This document shows, one piece after another, positions 25,680 through 34,583 of a DNA stretch of 64,000 bases; positions within the stretch are counted from its first letter, which is position 1, and each line of letters opens with the position of its first letter. The translations under genes and the position numbers were made by a program. The DNA is from an uncultured Clostridia bacterium (lineage in GTDB: Bacteria > Bacillota > Clostridia > Christensenellales > CAG-314): NCBI GenBank assembly GCA_947623225.1, contig CANQGO010000002.1, positions 16,714-80,713 of the forward strand. Direction: 5' to 3'. Below the pieces are notes generated by a model. It did no database searches. It saw only the letters and a list, made by a program, of their open reading frames with translations, and was not told the origin of the DNA.

Positions 25680-25909
25680 ATGAAAACAAAAGGCAGTAAA
25701 AATTTAACATGGACTCAGCGTTTGCAACCGGAAGCGTTACCGGCTGCAAAGTTAAGTAAGCGGCAGAATGCCGATACACTCGTCTATTCGCAATGATCGC
25801 CAAAATCGCGCCGAGTCCTGTATACGGAAGAGCAAAAGACCGTATAGTGAATTACGCTGGGAACGCCGCAAGAAAACGGCATTATTACTCTATCGATCAC
25901 TTTTGAGCA
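25680..25909 (+). pseudogene. IS30-family-like transposase N-terminal remnant
   Basis: AAGGAG plus ATG 25680 gives MKTKGSKNLTWTQRLQPEALPAAKLSKRQNADTLVYSQ, then a stop. This resembles the HTH-containing N-terminus of IS30-type transposases (K-HLT--ER--IE-L------IA--LG). A second frame continues as AESCIRKSKRPYSELRWERRKK. There is no catalytic domain, and the sequence is cut off by the gerAC 3' end. Confidence 0.35.
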
Positions 25910-27037
25910 TCAGCTCTCGTTTATCTTGACGGAGAGCCGCACAGGGAAATCTTGCATAGGTTTGGTCGCAAGCGCATTGCTCGAGCCTTCCTTTCTGCGA
26001 TACATTTCATGGAAATCCAGCAAGTCGAAATTGTACTCCACTTGTGCGGACAAGTATTGCTCTGCCACATAACGCGCCTGTCCGGTGACGTCGTCTAAAA
26101 CTTTCTGCGGTATCTCGGTGTTGTTCTTGGCAGTTATAGGTCCGCTCACTTCTTCGCTGTCTGTCCTGCCATAACGCACCGTTATGTCCAAGTCTATAAT
26201 AAACCCACCTCCGCCGTCGGGTTTCAAGTCCACCTTTTTATCCGTAACCTGAACGGTACGCGTCACGATATCCTCAAAAGAAACGAATGTCTCTCCGTAT
26301 ACGTCGGGCAAAAATAATGACAAACCCTTGACTTGCTGTTCGGACAGTGTAGTCACATATCTATTGGCGCGAAAAATACATATCTCCCGATACCCTATAT
26401 ATCCCATCTGCTTATCCGGCAAACTACTGTCGGTATTTTCGGAAGGGACAAATTTGATCCTGTTCAGAAACCCCGTGCGGTCCAGTTCATTCTGACTGCG
26501 AGCATACTGTAGCAAACTGTTGTTGGGTACGGCTATTTTCTCCGCCTGATCCAAAAGTGCCGTAGAGATCGCAATGGACATACTCTGCGTCAACGCATTG
26601 CCGGAGTTGAACAACGACTTGGCGTCACCTTCGCAACAGCAAATGACTGCACTTTCCTTAAAACTGTGATGGTTTATAAAATATTCCGTCAAGTCGCTGA
26701 AATCTACTTTCTCGTAATATTCTTGACCCAACACAAGCACCACGCTCTGTCCTAAAGACGCCTCTTTTCCTGTAACTTCTGCCACATTTTGAATGGCAGT
26801 ATTGATAGTCTCGCCCACGACAGAGACTATCTTGCTGAATGTGCCCACCTGCTCCGTGCCATTGCCGGGCGAAACGACTTCGCATGTCAGGACCACTCCT
26901 CCGTCGTCAGACAAATCCACTCCCATACCGAGAATTATCGCACGATCCATAACATCGCTACCCTTGAAACTTCCAGCGACCGCCGCTACGACGGCAACGA
27001 CTGCCAGTACTATGCCTATTCGTTTAAGATTGCTCAC
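25910..27037 (-). CDS. Spore germination protein, Ger(x)C family
   Basis: DRAIILGMGVDL is typical of GerAC-type proteins. I start it at GTG 27037 with GGAGGTG upstream. The track ORF extends to 27277 only by running through the gerAB 3' end in another frame. Confidence 0.8.
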   Translation of the reverse strand: MSNLKRIGIVLAVVAVVAAVAGSFKGSDVMDRAIILGMGVDLSDDGGVVLTCEVVSPGNGTEQVGTFSKIVSVVGETINTAIQNVAEVTGKEASLGQSVVLVLGQEYYEKVDFSDLTEYFINHHSFKESAVICCCEGDAKSLFNSGNALTQSMSIAISTALLDQAEKIAVPNNSLLQYARSQNELDRTGFLNRIKFVPSENTDSSLPDKQMGYIGYREICIFRANRYVTTLSEQQVKGLSLFLPDVYGETFVSFEDIVTRTVQVTDKKVDLKPDGGGGFIIDLDITVRYGRTDSEEVSGPITAKNNTEIPQKVLDDVTGQARYVAEQYLSAQVEYNFDLLDFHEMYRRKEGSSNALATKPMQDFPVRLSVKINES

Positions 27038-28130
27038 TCTGCACCTCCGTTTTTCTTTGGGCGGTTTTTGTAAGTAAAGGCATACACAGCGGCAACAAAT
27101 ACTGCACCAAGGTAAAAGGTATAACTCCCCACTTGATGACGGTGTCCAGCAATGTATCTGTAGATACAAACATGGGCAACAACAATGTGACCGATATCGT
27201 AGCCGCGGCAGCCCAATTGAACTTGACAAAATTGCCTCCGACGATTTTCTCGATACACTTGTATGCACAGAAGGCAAAAACCACGACTTTGATAAATACG
27301 CTTATAAGCCAGACGGACAGCGTCAACCAGTCCCACCTGCCGTTCGTAGTGCTCGCGGCGGAGAAAACGCCTATCTTACTCATAGCCATATCGAAATCCG
27401 GGGCAAGGTAGCCGAACAGTGCCACAAAGATGGCGTTGAGCAAGATGGACAGTATCGCACCGATGGCAAAAGAGATAAGTATCGGAGAAAAAACATGTTT
27501 TTTGATCTGTATCCCGTCCAGCACAAAATACATAAAAATATAATCGCTGAACCAAAAACTGCGCGTAAAACTTGCGAGCATGATTTTATCCCAGCCCGCC
27601 TCGCCTATAGGCAGTAGCTCGCCGAAATCCGTTTCTGTCAGGGGCGATACAAGCAACGCCACCACGGCTATAAGAATCAACCCGAAAAGTAACTGCCCGG
27701 TACGCGCTATCGCATTGAATCCTCGATACACCGCAAAAAATGTCAATAAAATGACCGGCAATATATATACTATCCAATTGGTAGAGACGTCGAATGTCAC
27801 AGAAAACATTTTGTAGCAATCGGACAGTAATATATTTATACGCAGTATGAAAATAACGAAAAATATGCACATTATCAACTTGGAAATGGGCTTGGTCAAA
27901 CTTTTGTCAAGTATACCCGATATGTCCAGCCGCGATCTGTCGTTGATGCGTATTGCCCACAGCAAAAAACAAAGACATACTCCGTCCCAGACAAAAGCAA
28001 ATGCCACGCTCAGCCAACTGTCATGACCGACATCTCCGGCAAGTAACGACGGCAACGTCAGAAACTTGCCGCCCATGATCAACAATAGATATAGTAATGC
28101 CAATTGATCTATATTGACTCTGTCTTTCAT
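27024..28130 (-). CDS. Spore germination protein, GerAB-type permease
   Basis: It is a 368-aa protein with about 10 TM segments. Its N-terminus MKDRVNIDQLALLYLLLIMGGKFLTLP is typical of the GerAB/APC-like family. Confidence 0.85.
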   Translation of the reverse strand: MKDRVNIDQLALLYLLLIMGGKFLTLPSLLAGDVGHDSWLSVAFAFVWDGVCLCFLLWAIRINDRSRLDISGILDKSLTKPISKLIMCIFFVIFILRINILLSDCYKMFSVTFDVSTNWIVYILPVILLTFFAVYRGFNAIARTGQLLFGLILIAVVALLVSPLTETDFGELLPIGEAGWDKIMLASFTRSFWFSDYIFMYFVLDGIQIKKHVFSPILISFAIGAILSILLNAIFVALFGYLAPDFDMAMSKIGVFSAASTTNGRWDWLTLSVWLISVFIKVVVFAFCAYKCIEKIVGGNFVKFNWAAAATISVTLLLPMFVSTDTLLDTVIKWGVIPFTLVQYLLPLCMPLLTKTAQRKTEVQSEQS

Positions 28131-29536
28131 CAGTCCCTCCTGTCGGCGTTTTTGTTGGGAATGGACTTGGGGCGTTTCTTCATACTCGGCACAGGCCTCT
28201 GCATGAGTGCGTCCTGTCTGTCCCGCGGAATATCCGGAGTAAAAGGTGCAAGGAACGGAGTCTTATATTCCTGCATCGACGCAAGATACACCACGATGAT
28301 GAGGGCGGAGATTATAACACCGAACAATCCCATGACGCCGCCTATAAACGTCACAGCAAGACGCAAAAGAGACAAAATCAACGTATTATCCGGCAATGTA
28401 AACAACCCTATCCCGGACAATGCGCCTATCATAACTGCGGGTGCACCCAGCAACCCTGCCTGCACTGCCGCATCGCCCAAAACGATAGCACCGACGAGCG
28501 AAAGGGAGATGCCTACCGCCGACGGCATACGCAGATTGGCTTCACGCAAGATATCAAAGATAATCAGCACCATTGCCATCTCTGTCAACGGGCTGAAAGG
28601 AATTGCCTCGCTGGCATTGAGCACGGTGATCAAAAAACGCAACGGTATTATCTGATAGTTGTACACTTGCAGACAAACATAAAGCGATGGTAACAACACC
28701 GAGGCTATTACGCTTATAAATCTCAACATTCGGCTCAACGCAGTCATTACCGAATTTTCGTAATAGTCTCCCGGAGACTGCATGTCTTCCACAAACAAAT
28801 ACGGCAGAGTAAGCACCATGGGACTTCCGTCCACTATGACTGTAAGCCTCCCCTCCAACATCTTGCCTACAGCGATATCGGGTTTTTCCGTACAACCGAC
28901 GCGACGGAACAAAAAGGTCCTCTGTACGTCGAGATAACGTGCCAGATAACTGCTGTCCAACACGCCGTCCACCTTGACGGATTGCAAACGCTGTACTGCG
29001 TCATTTACCACACCGGTGTCCGCTATTCCGTCTATATAGCACACCGCCACTGCGGTATTCGTATACTTTCCAACGGTAATATTGATTATCTTCAGATTCG
29101 GCGTTTTTAACCTTTTTCGTAAAAGAGTGATATTGACCTTGAGGTCCTCTACGAATCCTTCTCGCGGTCCGCGCATCACCATGGACGTGGGCGGCTCGGC
29201 AATAGAACGGCCGATGACGGTTCTCGTATCTACTGATATGCAATCGTCCTTGTCGTCGAACAATAATGTATATCCGTTGGTAAAATCTTCTATAGCGGAG
29301 TACAGATTCGGTGGACGACGGACCCCCGTGCCAACGGCGAGTTTCTTTTCTACTTCTTTCAGGTTGCTCACAGTCATATAGGCGAGAGGCTGCAGTACAA
29401 ACGCGGATACTTTTGCATCATCGCACATAGTGTCAAGGCATACCACATGCAAAGGAATACCGCAAGTGAGCTCTCGCAAACGAAAATCGTCCTGTCCGCT
29501 CCATAGTTTTTGTAATTTGTCAAAAGAGATCTTCAT
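28130..29536 (-). CDS. Spore germination protein, GerAA-type subunit
   Basis: It has a soluble N-terminal half and a C-terminal membrane domain (…PLRFLITVLNASEAIPFSPLTEMAMVLIIFDILREANLRMP…). Confidence 0.88.
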   Translation of the reverse strand: MKISFDKLQKLWSGQDDFRLRELTCGIPLHVVCLDTMCDDAKVSAFVLQPLAYMTVSNLKEVEKKLAVGTGVRRPPNLYSAIEDFTNGYTLLFDDKDDCISVDTRTVIGRSIAEPPTSMVMRGPREGFVEDLKVNITLLRKRLKTPNLKIINITVGKYTNTAVAVCYIDGIADTGVVNDAVQRLQSVKVDGVLDSSYLARYLDVQRTFLFRRVGCTEKPDIAVGKMLEGRLTVIVDGSPMVLTLPYLFVEDMQSPGDYYENSVMTALSRMLRFISVIASVLLPSLYVCLQVYNYQIIPLRFLITVLNASEAIPFSPLTEMAMVLIIFDILREANLRMPSAVGISLSLVGAIVLGDAAVQAGLLGAPAVMIGALSGIGLFTLPDNTLILSLLRLAVTFIGGVMGLFGVIISALIIVVYLASMQEYKTPFLAPFTPDIPRDRQDALMQRPVPSMKKRPKSIPNKNADRRD

Positions 29537-29623
29537 AATGGCAATTTTTGCGCTTGCGACTAAAAAATATACTCAAAATACAATAATTAAACATTTTTGT
29601 CGATGAACGAACAGTTCTGACAT

Positions 29624-29649
29624 AAAAAAATGCTCGGGATAACCCGAGC
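29624..29649 (-). terminator. Intrinsic terminator of lepB
   Basis: GCTCGGG-ttat-CCCGAGC on the minus strand, followed by ATTTTTTT. Confidence 0.75.
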
Positions 29650-29668
29650 GGTAATAAAAGTTTTTGAT

Positions 29669-30376
29669 CTAGCTGCGCACGATACCGTAGATTTGGTCGT
29701 AGGGCACATCGCCCAAAGAGCCGCGACTATCCGCGGAATTGCCGCGATTGTCACCCATGGCGAAGAAACACCCTTCTTGCACTATATGCGGATGTTCTTT
29801 GTCCGTATTTTTCAAACACCCTGTTCCCGCGATGGTGTTGTCGGAAAGAATAAACGCCTCTACATCCAGCACATGATCGTTTTTCACGTAGTAATCTTCA
29901 TACAACACGTCCCCGTCTACAGTCTGTACAACAAGCTTGTATTCATTCGCGCCTTGTGCTTCCAACCAAAGACTATCTCCTGCCAATGCCACGATCCGCT
30001 TGATAAGTTTCTCGTACTTACCGTCCTCCCCGGCGTCATCGCCGTGCGCAAACATTGCTTTGAATTTGCTGTCTACATGGTACTTATAAAACACTGCCAC
30101 GTCACCACGCTTGGGCTTGACTGTCTTGTTGAGCCGGACTATGTCATCGTTGTGGAATGTACACTCCGGATCGTAAGTCGAAACAACAGGGTCGTCGTAG
30201 TAAGGAGATGTCATTGATTCTCCGCTGACGCGTATTTTGCCAAATACAAAAAGACGCAAGACCGTAAAGGTCAAAAGTGCGCCTATGACTACCCACAACA
30301 GTACGTCGAATACAATACTCAACGCTTTGTTGTTGCGTTTTTTTACGCTATCAAGTTGTTCGCTATCGTTTTGCAA
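29669..30376 (-). CDS. lepB: Signal peptidase I
   Basis: An N-terminal TM anchor, then VSGESM (catalytic Ser region) and FFAMGDNRGNSADSR. The TTG start at 30376 overlaps the DUF951 gene end by 14 nt. Confidence 0.85.
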   Translation of the reverse strand: MQNDSEQLDSVKKRNNKALSIVFDVLLWVVIGALLTFTVLRLFVFGKIRVSGESMTSPYYDDPVVSTYDPECTFHNDDIVRLNKTVKPKRGDVAVFYKYHVDSKFKAMFAHGDDAGEDGKYEKLIKRIVALAGDSLWLEAQGANEYKLVVQTVDGDVLYEDYYVKNDHVLDVEAFILSDNTIAGTGCLKNTDKEHPHIVQEGCFFAMGDNRGNSADSRGSLGDVPYDQIYGIVRS

Positions 30377-30542
30377 TTTGCACTACCTTGTGAAATTTCT
30401 CCGCAGACAGCATCACCGTGCGTCCGCAATTGACACACTTGATTTTGTAGTCCGCGCCCACGCGCAATACGATCCACGTGTCGGAACCGCAGGCATGTTT
30501 CTTCCGTGTTGTTACAGTATCTCCCACGTTGAAGGCTATCAT
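30363..30542 (-). CDS. DUF951 family small protein (59 aa), not in the ORF track
   Basis: I translated MIAFNVGDTVTTRKKHACGSDTWIVLRVGADYKIKCVNCGRTVMLSAEKFHKVVQIAKR by hand. It matches the DUF951 pattern K-HPCGS--W-I-R-G-D-(R/K)IKC--CG--VM. Its ATG overlaps the upstream stop (ATGA at 30539-30542). Confidence 0.8.
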   Translation of the reverse strand: MIAFNVGDTVTTRKKHACGSDTWIVLRVGADYKIKCVNCGRTVMLSAEKFHKVVQIAKR

Positions 30543-32278
30543 ACCAGGAATATATTGTTCAACAAAAATTCATTGTCGGCACAGATGACGAGCATATCTA
30601 CTTTCTCCGAATCCGGCAACTGTTTCCCGTCGCCTTCACGATGGAAGTTGATCTTGTCAAATGTGACATGTTCCCACTTGCCATTGCCCACCAACGGCGC
30701 ATATTGACTGTATTGATAATTTTTTTCTCCAAAAGCGGTCACGGCAACGAGTTTGATTTGCTGTTTCACGCTGCTGCACACGTCAAACACGACTGTAAAA
30801 GATTGGTTGATACGAATACTTTTATCGTTAATTGCAAATGTCGCAAGTATTCTGCCTTTTGCGCCCAATATATTCAGATATCCTTTATCCAACTGCGGTT
30901 CAAGATCCACGTTCCACCACTTGCCGCTGTCAGTCAAAGGAACCAATGTCTGCTTGTTTGTACCGCTGAATATGATATTCAATGCTTTGACTACATTGGC
31001 CGCTACGACCTTTTCCGTAAGTAGCGGGGTCGACACCGCCACGTCCCCCTCGAATGTAGCAAACGCTCCCACATTGCATTCTCTTTCATACAGATCGAGT
31101 TTGGCAACGTATCCTTCTTCGCCCTGGGTAAGGTTCGCTTTCGTCCAGTGCTTGGCTCTCGAATCAACGTCTGTACAGTACCAAAGATACGTCTTGTTCA
31201 TGGGCTTTGTCGTTTTGACGGATATGCAGTAATTTCCTTCGCCATCGCGGAAGGACTTGATCTCCGACTTGGGCTGCGGCGCATATCCGTTCAGCCATTC
31301 CAACACTCCATCCACATAGTGTCTTGGCAGATAATCCATGCATGTCGGCAAAATAAGCAACCGGCTATCCGCATTGAGCCTCAACGTTGTCTTGCTGGTC
31401 TGTACTATATCCGCAAACGGACTGTTGGCGGAATTTATAACGTATACGGGCACTTTGATCTGCTGGGCATATGTCTGCGGAGCAAGTCCCAGCGTCCACT
31501 GCTGTCTTTTCGTGTCATATGCTATATGCCTCTCCAGTTCATCTCTGCCGGCGTCCAGAACGTTTTCGTCATTGTCTATAACTGGAAAATTGCGATACAG
31601 ATTGCCGAACAAGATAGCACCGTTTGCAACGCGGTCATCCACTCCCAGTACCATGATCCCCACGTATACACCTTTGCCTGCTGTCAGCACCGACACCTGT
31701 GCCACATGTTCTGCCTGCAACAAGTAGGTGATGGCTCTTCGACAACAAACGGTATATTCATATAGTTTGGTTTCGCGAGCGGTATCTGCGATCTCGAACA
31801 TGGTCGGAGCGTCGTTTTTGTTGCAATACCACAACTCTTCCGGGTACAGCGTATGCAACCCGTCCTCACGCGTCCCCGCCAGGTCTACTGACATGGCGAC
31901 AAATCCGCGCGAAGCAATATCTCTCAGCGTATCCGGTTCTATCGGTTTTGTATAATCGCTCACTACCAGCACCGCGGGTTTGTCCTCGGCAACTTTTTTG
32001 TAGCAAAGAGTAGCAAACACGCGGGACTTGGTTCCACTTGGCAATGTCCTTCCCGTAAAGTATAGGGTCTTGACGACAATATTGCCCTGTTCTGTTTGCT
32101 TGATATAGTCGATATCCAGTTGTTCTGCCGCGGGATTGTATCCTTCCCACAGCGTTTGCGAAGTCAAAACGCTTTCCATAATTTCACCGATGCAATCGAC
32201 CCACGGCAATCTGCCATCTGTCCCTGTCGATTGTACACAATTCTGCGCTTTTGCGAGAACTTTTCGTGCTATTTTCAA
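30539..32278 (-). CDS. Hypothetical protein with an acetyl-xylan-esterase-like alpha/beta-hydrolase N-terminal half and a beta-rich C-terminal half
   Basis: The ORF is long and clean. The N-terminal region (TLWEGYNP…KPAVLVVSDY…GFVAMSVDLAG) is reminiscent of AXE1/CE7-like hydrolases. At the expected nucleophile elbow I read TAGKGV rather than GxSxG. The start may be ATG 32179 (MESVLTSQ). Confidence 0.4.
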   Translation of the reverse strand: MKIARKVLAKAQNCVQSTGTDGRLPWVDCIGEIMESVLTSQTLWEGYNPAAEQLDIDYIKQTEQGNIVVKTLYFTGRTLPSGTKSRVFATLCYKKVAEDKPAVLVVSDYTKPIEPDTLRDIASRGFVAMSVDLAGTREDGLHTLYPEELWYCNKNDAPTMFEIADTARETKLYEYTVCCRRAITYLLQAEHVAQVSVLTAGKGVYVGIMVLGVDDRVANGAILFGNLYRNFPVIDNDENVLDAGRDELERHIAYDTKRQQWTLGLAPQTYAQQIKVPVYVINSANSPFADIVQTSKTTLRLNADSRLLILPTCMDYLPRHYVDGVLEWLNGYAPQPKSEIKSFRDGEGNYCISVKTTKPMNKTYLWYCTDVDSRAKHWTKANLTQGEEGYVAKLDLYERECNVGAFATFEGDVAVSTPLLTEKVVAANVVKALNIIFSGTNKQTLVPLTDSGKWWNVDLEPQLDKGYLNILGAKGRILATFAINDKSIRINQSFTVVFDVCSSVKQQIKLVAVTAFGEKNYQYSQYAPLVGNGKWEHVTFDKINFHREGDGKQLPDSEKVDMLVICADNEFLLNNIFLV

Positions 32279-32316
32279 TTATTCATTGTAGCACATTTGT
32301 TTATTTTGTCAATTAG

Positions 32317-32787
32317 TTACTTGTGATAGCGGATATTGTTTTCGATGCAAAACGCTCTGTATATTTGCTCACACAATACCACTCGAAACAATTGATGCGG
32401 CAATGTTACTTTTCCAAAAGACAATATTAAATCGGCTCTGTTTTTTACAACGTCGGACAAGCCGTTGCTTCCGCCTATCACAAACGTAATGCCGCTGCCG
32501 TACTGTTTCCGTTCCGATATGATTTCGGACAATTTCTCGCTGGAAACAAGTACGCCGCTCATATCCATCGCCACGACATATCCTTCCAATTTGTTCAGAA
32601 CAGCCTCACCTTCTGCTTTTTTGACGCGCTCCACTTCTCCCGCAGTCTGCGTGCCGTTGCTGAAACACTCCTCAGTCTCCGCTATTTCCACCGTGCAAAA
32701 ACGGCGCAGTCGCTTGACATACTCGGCAATTGCGTCACGCCAATACTGTTCTTTTATCTTTCCTACTGCCACGATCTTGATTTTCAT
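32317..32787 (-). CDS. rlmH: 23S rRNA (pseudouridine1915-N3)-methyltransferase
   Basis: MKIKIVAVGKIKEQYWRDAIAEYVKRL … FVIGGSNGL … TLPHQLFRVVLCEQIYRAF. The start at 32787 overlaps the CPBP stop (ATGA). Confidence 0.9.
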   Translation of the reverse strand: MKIKIVAVGKIKEQYWRDAIAEYVKRLRRFCTVEIAETEECFSNGTQTAGEVERVKKAEGEAVLNKLEGYVVAMDMSGVLVSSEKLSEIISERKQYGSGITFVIGGSNGLSDVVKNRADLILSFGKVTLPHQLFRVVLCEQIYRAFCIENNIRYHK

Positions 32788-33680
32788 GCGAACAAACTTG
32801 TCACCCAAAGCAATACGCACACGCCTATCGCCACTCCCAACACCATAAACGAATCGGTATTTCGTTTCGCCGTTTCATCTTCGGTCGATCCCGTCCAGAA
32901 ACTGCGCGTAGTGCGCATATAGCCGAAAACGCACAACGCAAAACCCACAAGCCCGGCAAAAAGCAGACTCAGCACGGTTGCCGTATTGCCGCTTACGCTC
33001 CAGAAATCGTCACGTCCCAACACGGTGAAATTCAAAGCCACTACAAGAGCGTTGTTGAATAAATGCACTGCTATACCCGTCCATAAACTACCGCTTCTGA
33101 GCACCAGCAGAGCGAGGAACGCACCCAGCACAAATTGATGAATGGTTTGCGCCGGATTGGCGTGAAACAGAGCGAACAATCCTCCGCACACGGTAATGGC
33201 TCCGAGCCTGTTGCGCATGCTCGATACGGACTGCGCCACCGTGCCGCGAAACACTGCCTCTTCACAGAATGCCGGCAAGATTGCTCCGACTATAATAAGC
33301 CCCGTTATGTCTTCTGGCAAGTTGACAGCTGGACGCGAAAGCCCCATAGCCTGTATCGCGTCCATCAGCATACTGTTGAGCGGCATCATTCCGAATATCA
33401 AAAACACATTGGCCGCCAATCCCCAACTTATATGAGCCCACCTCGGTCTTACATTCAGCTTCATGGCTGTCAACGGGTTCGTCTTGGTGATAGCGGCATA
33501 TACCGGAGCGACCGCTCCGATCAACAGTGTATAGATCGCTTGCATCAACCAAGATTTCCAACCTTCTGCTTCACCGAAGATAAGCGTCAGCAACAGGCTG
33601 GAAATGACCATCATCGCCACAGCCAAGCCGAAAGAAAAACCCAAATCACGCTTTTCGTAATTTAATCTAAGCAAATGCAC
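32784..33680 (-). CDS. CPBP family intramembrane glutamic endopeptidase (CAAX protease-like)
   Basis: Motifs FCEEAVFRG, LFALFH and HLFNN in a polytopic membrane protein. Confidence 0.85.
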   Translation of the reverse strand: MHLLRLNYEKRDLGFSFGLAVAMMVISSLLLTLIFGEAEGWKSWLMQAIYTLLIGAVAPVYAAITKTNPLTAMKLNVRPRWAHISWGLAANVFLIFGMMPLNSMLMDAIQAMGLSRPAVNLPEDITGLIIVGAILPAFCEEAVFRGTVAQSVSSMRNRLGAITVCGGLFALFHANPAQTIHQFVLGAFLALLVLRSGSLWTGIAVHLFNNALVVALNFTVLGRDDFWSVSGNTATVLSLLFAGLVGFALCVFGYMRTTRSFWTGSTEDETAKRNTDSFMVLGVAIGVCVLLWVTSLFA

Positions 33681-34441
33681 ACCTCGTTATGATATTGGTC
33701 TGCGACATATATATCTATATCTCTGCCCTCTACTGCACCGCACTCAAGACATGCGTTTACCGCGCAATTAAATGCCAATTCTTTAGTATTGTTGTTCTCA
33801 GACAAATGAGACAGTATCACCGTGCGCACCCGCGTTCCGACCAACTGCTTGAGCACCTGCGCCGCCTGAGCATTGGACAGGTGTCCGTATGGCGACAATA
33901 TTCGCTGCTTGAGCACAAAAGTATACTCTCCTCGCTTCAGCATGTCCTCATCGTGGTTACTTTCCAACATGACAGCCTTGCAGTCGCTCAAAAATTCCGT
34001 CATTTCATTAGTAGGTATACCTGTATCTGTCACACAGGCGAATCTGCTATTGCCGCACACAAACTTGTATCCGAAGCAGCAAATAGAGTCGTGCGAGCAC
34101 CGATATCTTTCTATATGTATATCCTTGATGTCAAACGATCCGTCTGTACCGTGCACTTCCGACATGCCCGTTCGCAGTTGCACATTGTCTACTATCTCAG
34201 ACGGAGCATATACCGGCGTCTGTATATGACGCCCCCACACGAGCAGTGTGCCTATGTGATCGCGATGCTCGTGAGTGATGACTATTGCATCTATATCTTC
34301 CGGTTTCAGGTTTCTTTCCGACAGAGCTTTCAACACTTCACGATATGAAAATCCCGCGTCCAACAACAAATTGGCTTCCGGCGACACTATAAGCGTACAG
34401 TTTCCTTTACTCCCGCTAAACAGCGGAAAAACTTTGAGCAT
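33662..34441 (-). CDS. MBL-fold metallo-hydrolase (YycJ/WalJ-like)
   Basis: SGSKGNCTLI, VITHEHRDH and the C-terminal HLS motif, in a 259-aa protein. Confidence 0.85.
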   Translation of the reverse strand: MLKVFPLFSGSKGNCTLIVSPEANLLLDAGFSYREVLKALSERNLKPEDIDAIVITHEHRDHIGTLLVWGRHIQTPVYAPSEIVDNVQLRTGMSEVHGTDGSFDIKDIHIERYRCSHDSICCFGYKFVCGNSRFACVTDTGIPTNEMTEFLSDCKAVMLESNHDEDMLKRGEYTFVLKQRILSPYGHLSNAQAAQVLKQLVGTRVRTVILSHLSENNNTKELAFNCAVNACLECGAVEGRDIDIYVADQYHNEVCICLD

Positions 34442-34536
34442 ATCCTTCCCTCATTTGTCCGATTTCCGCAGTTACGAAAATCGTGTAAGAATATTATACC
34501 ATACTCTCGCCAAAAGAACAACCTGTTCGTATCGAA

Positions 34537-34568
34537 CACAAAAGACGCAATCCGATAGGGTTGCGTCT
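34537..34568 (-). terminator. Intrinsic terminator of the GPH transporter gene
   Basis: AGACGCAA / TTGCGTCT stem with a 10-nt loop. The minus strand continues TTTTGTGTT. Confidence 0.7.
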
Positions 34569-34583
34569 TGCTGTGTTATCAAA

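Larger units (their letters stand above)
23731..25909. mobile_element. AT-rich accessory islet: decayed mobile-element (phage/plasmid-like) remnant with duplicated sRNA/ORF modules
   Basis: My hand counts of several 60-nt lines here give 23-45% GC, against about 50% in the flanks. It contains a truncated P-loop gene, a stop-interrupted paralog, a frameshifted ORF and an IS30-like N-terminal remnant. I found no intact integrase or transposase. Confidence 0.45.

Noticed and set aside
25910-27277. The GerAC ORF drawn as 455 aa. The same pattern of N-terminal extension occurs at 651..2180, 14185..15195, 19917..21683, 40953..41837, 43188..43922, 47300..49219, 59495..62800 and 62789..63997.
   Set aside because: The extensions overlap upstream genes or promoters and lack RBSs. 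Internal starts with SD sequences give canonical N-termini (signal peptides or conserved motifs).
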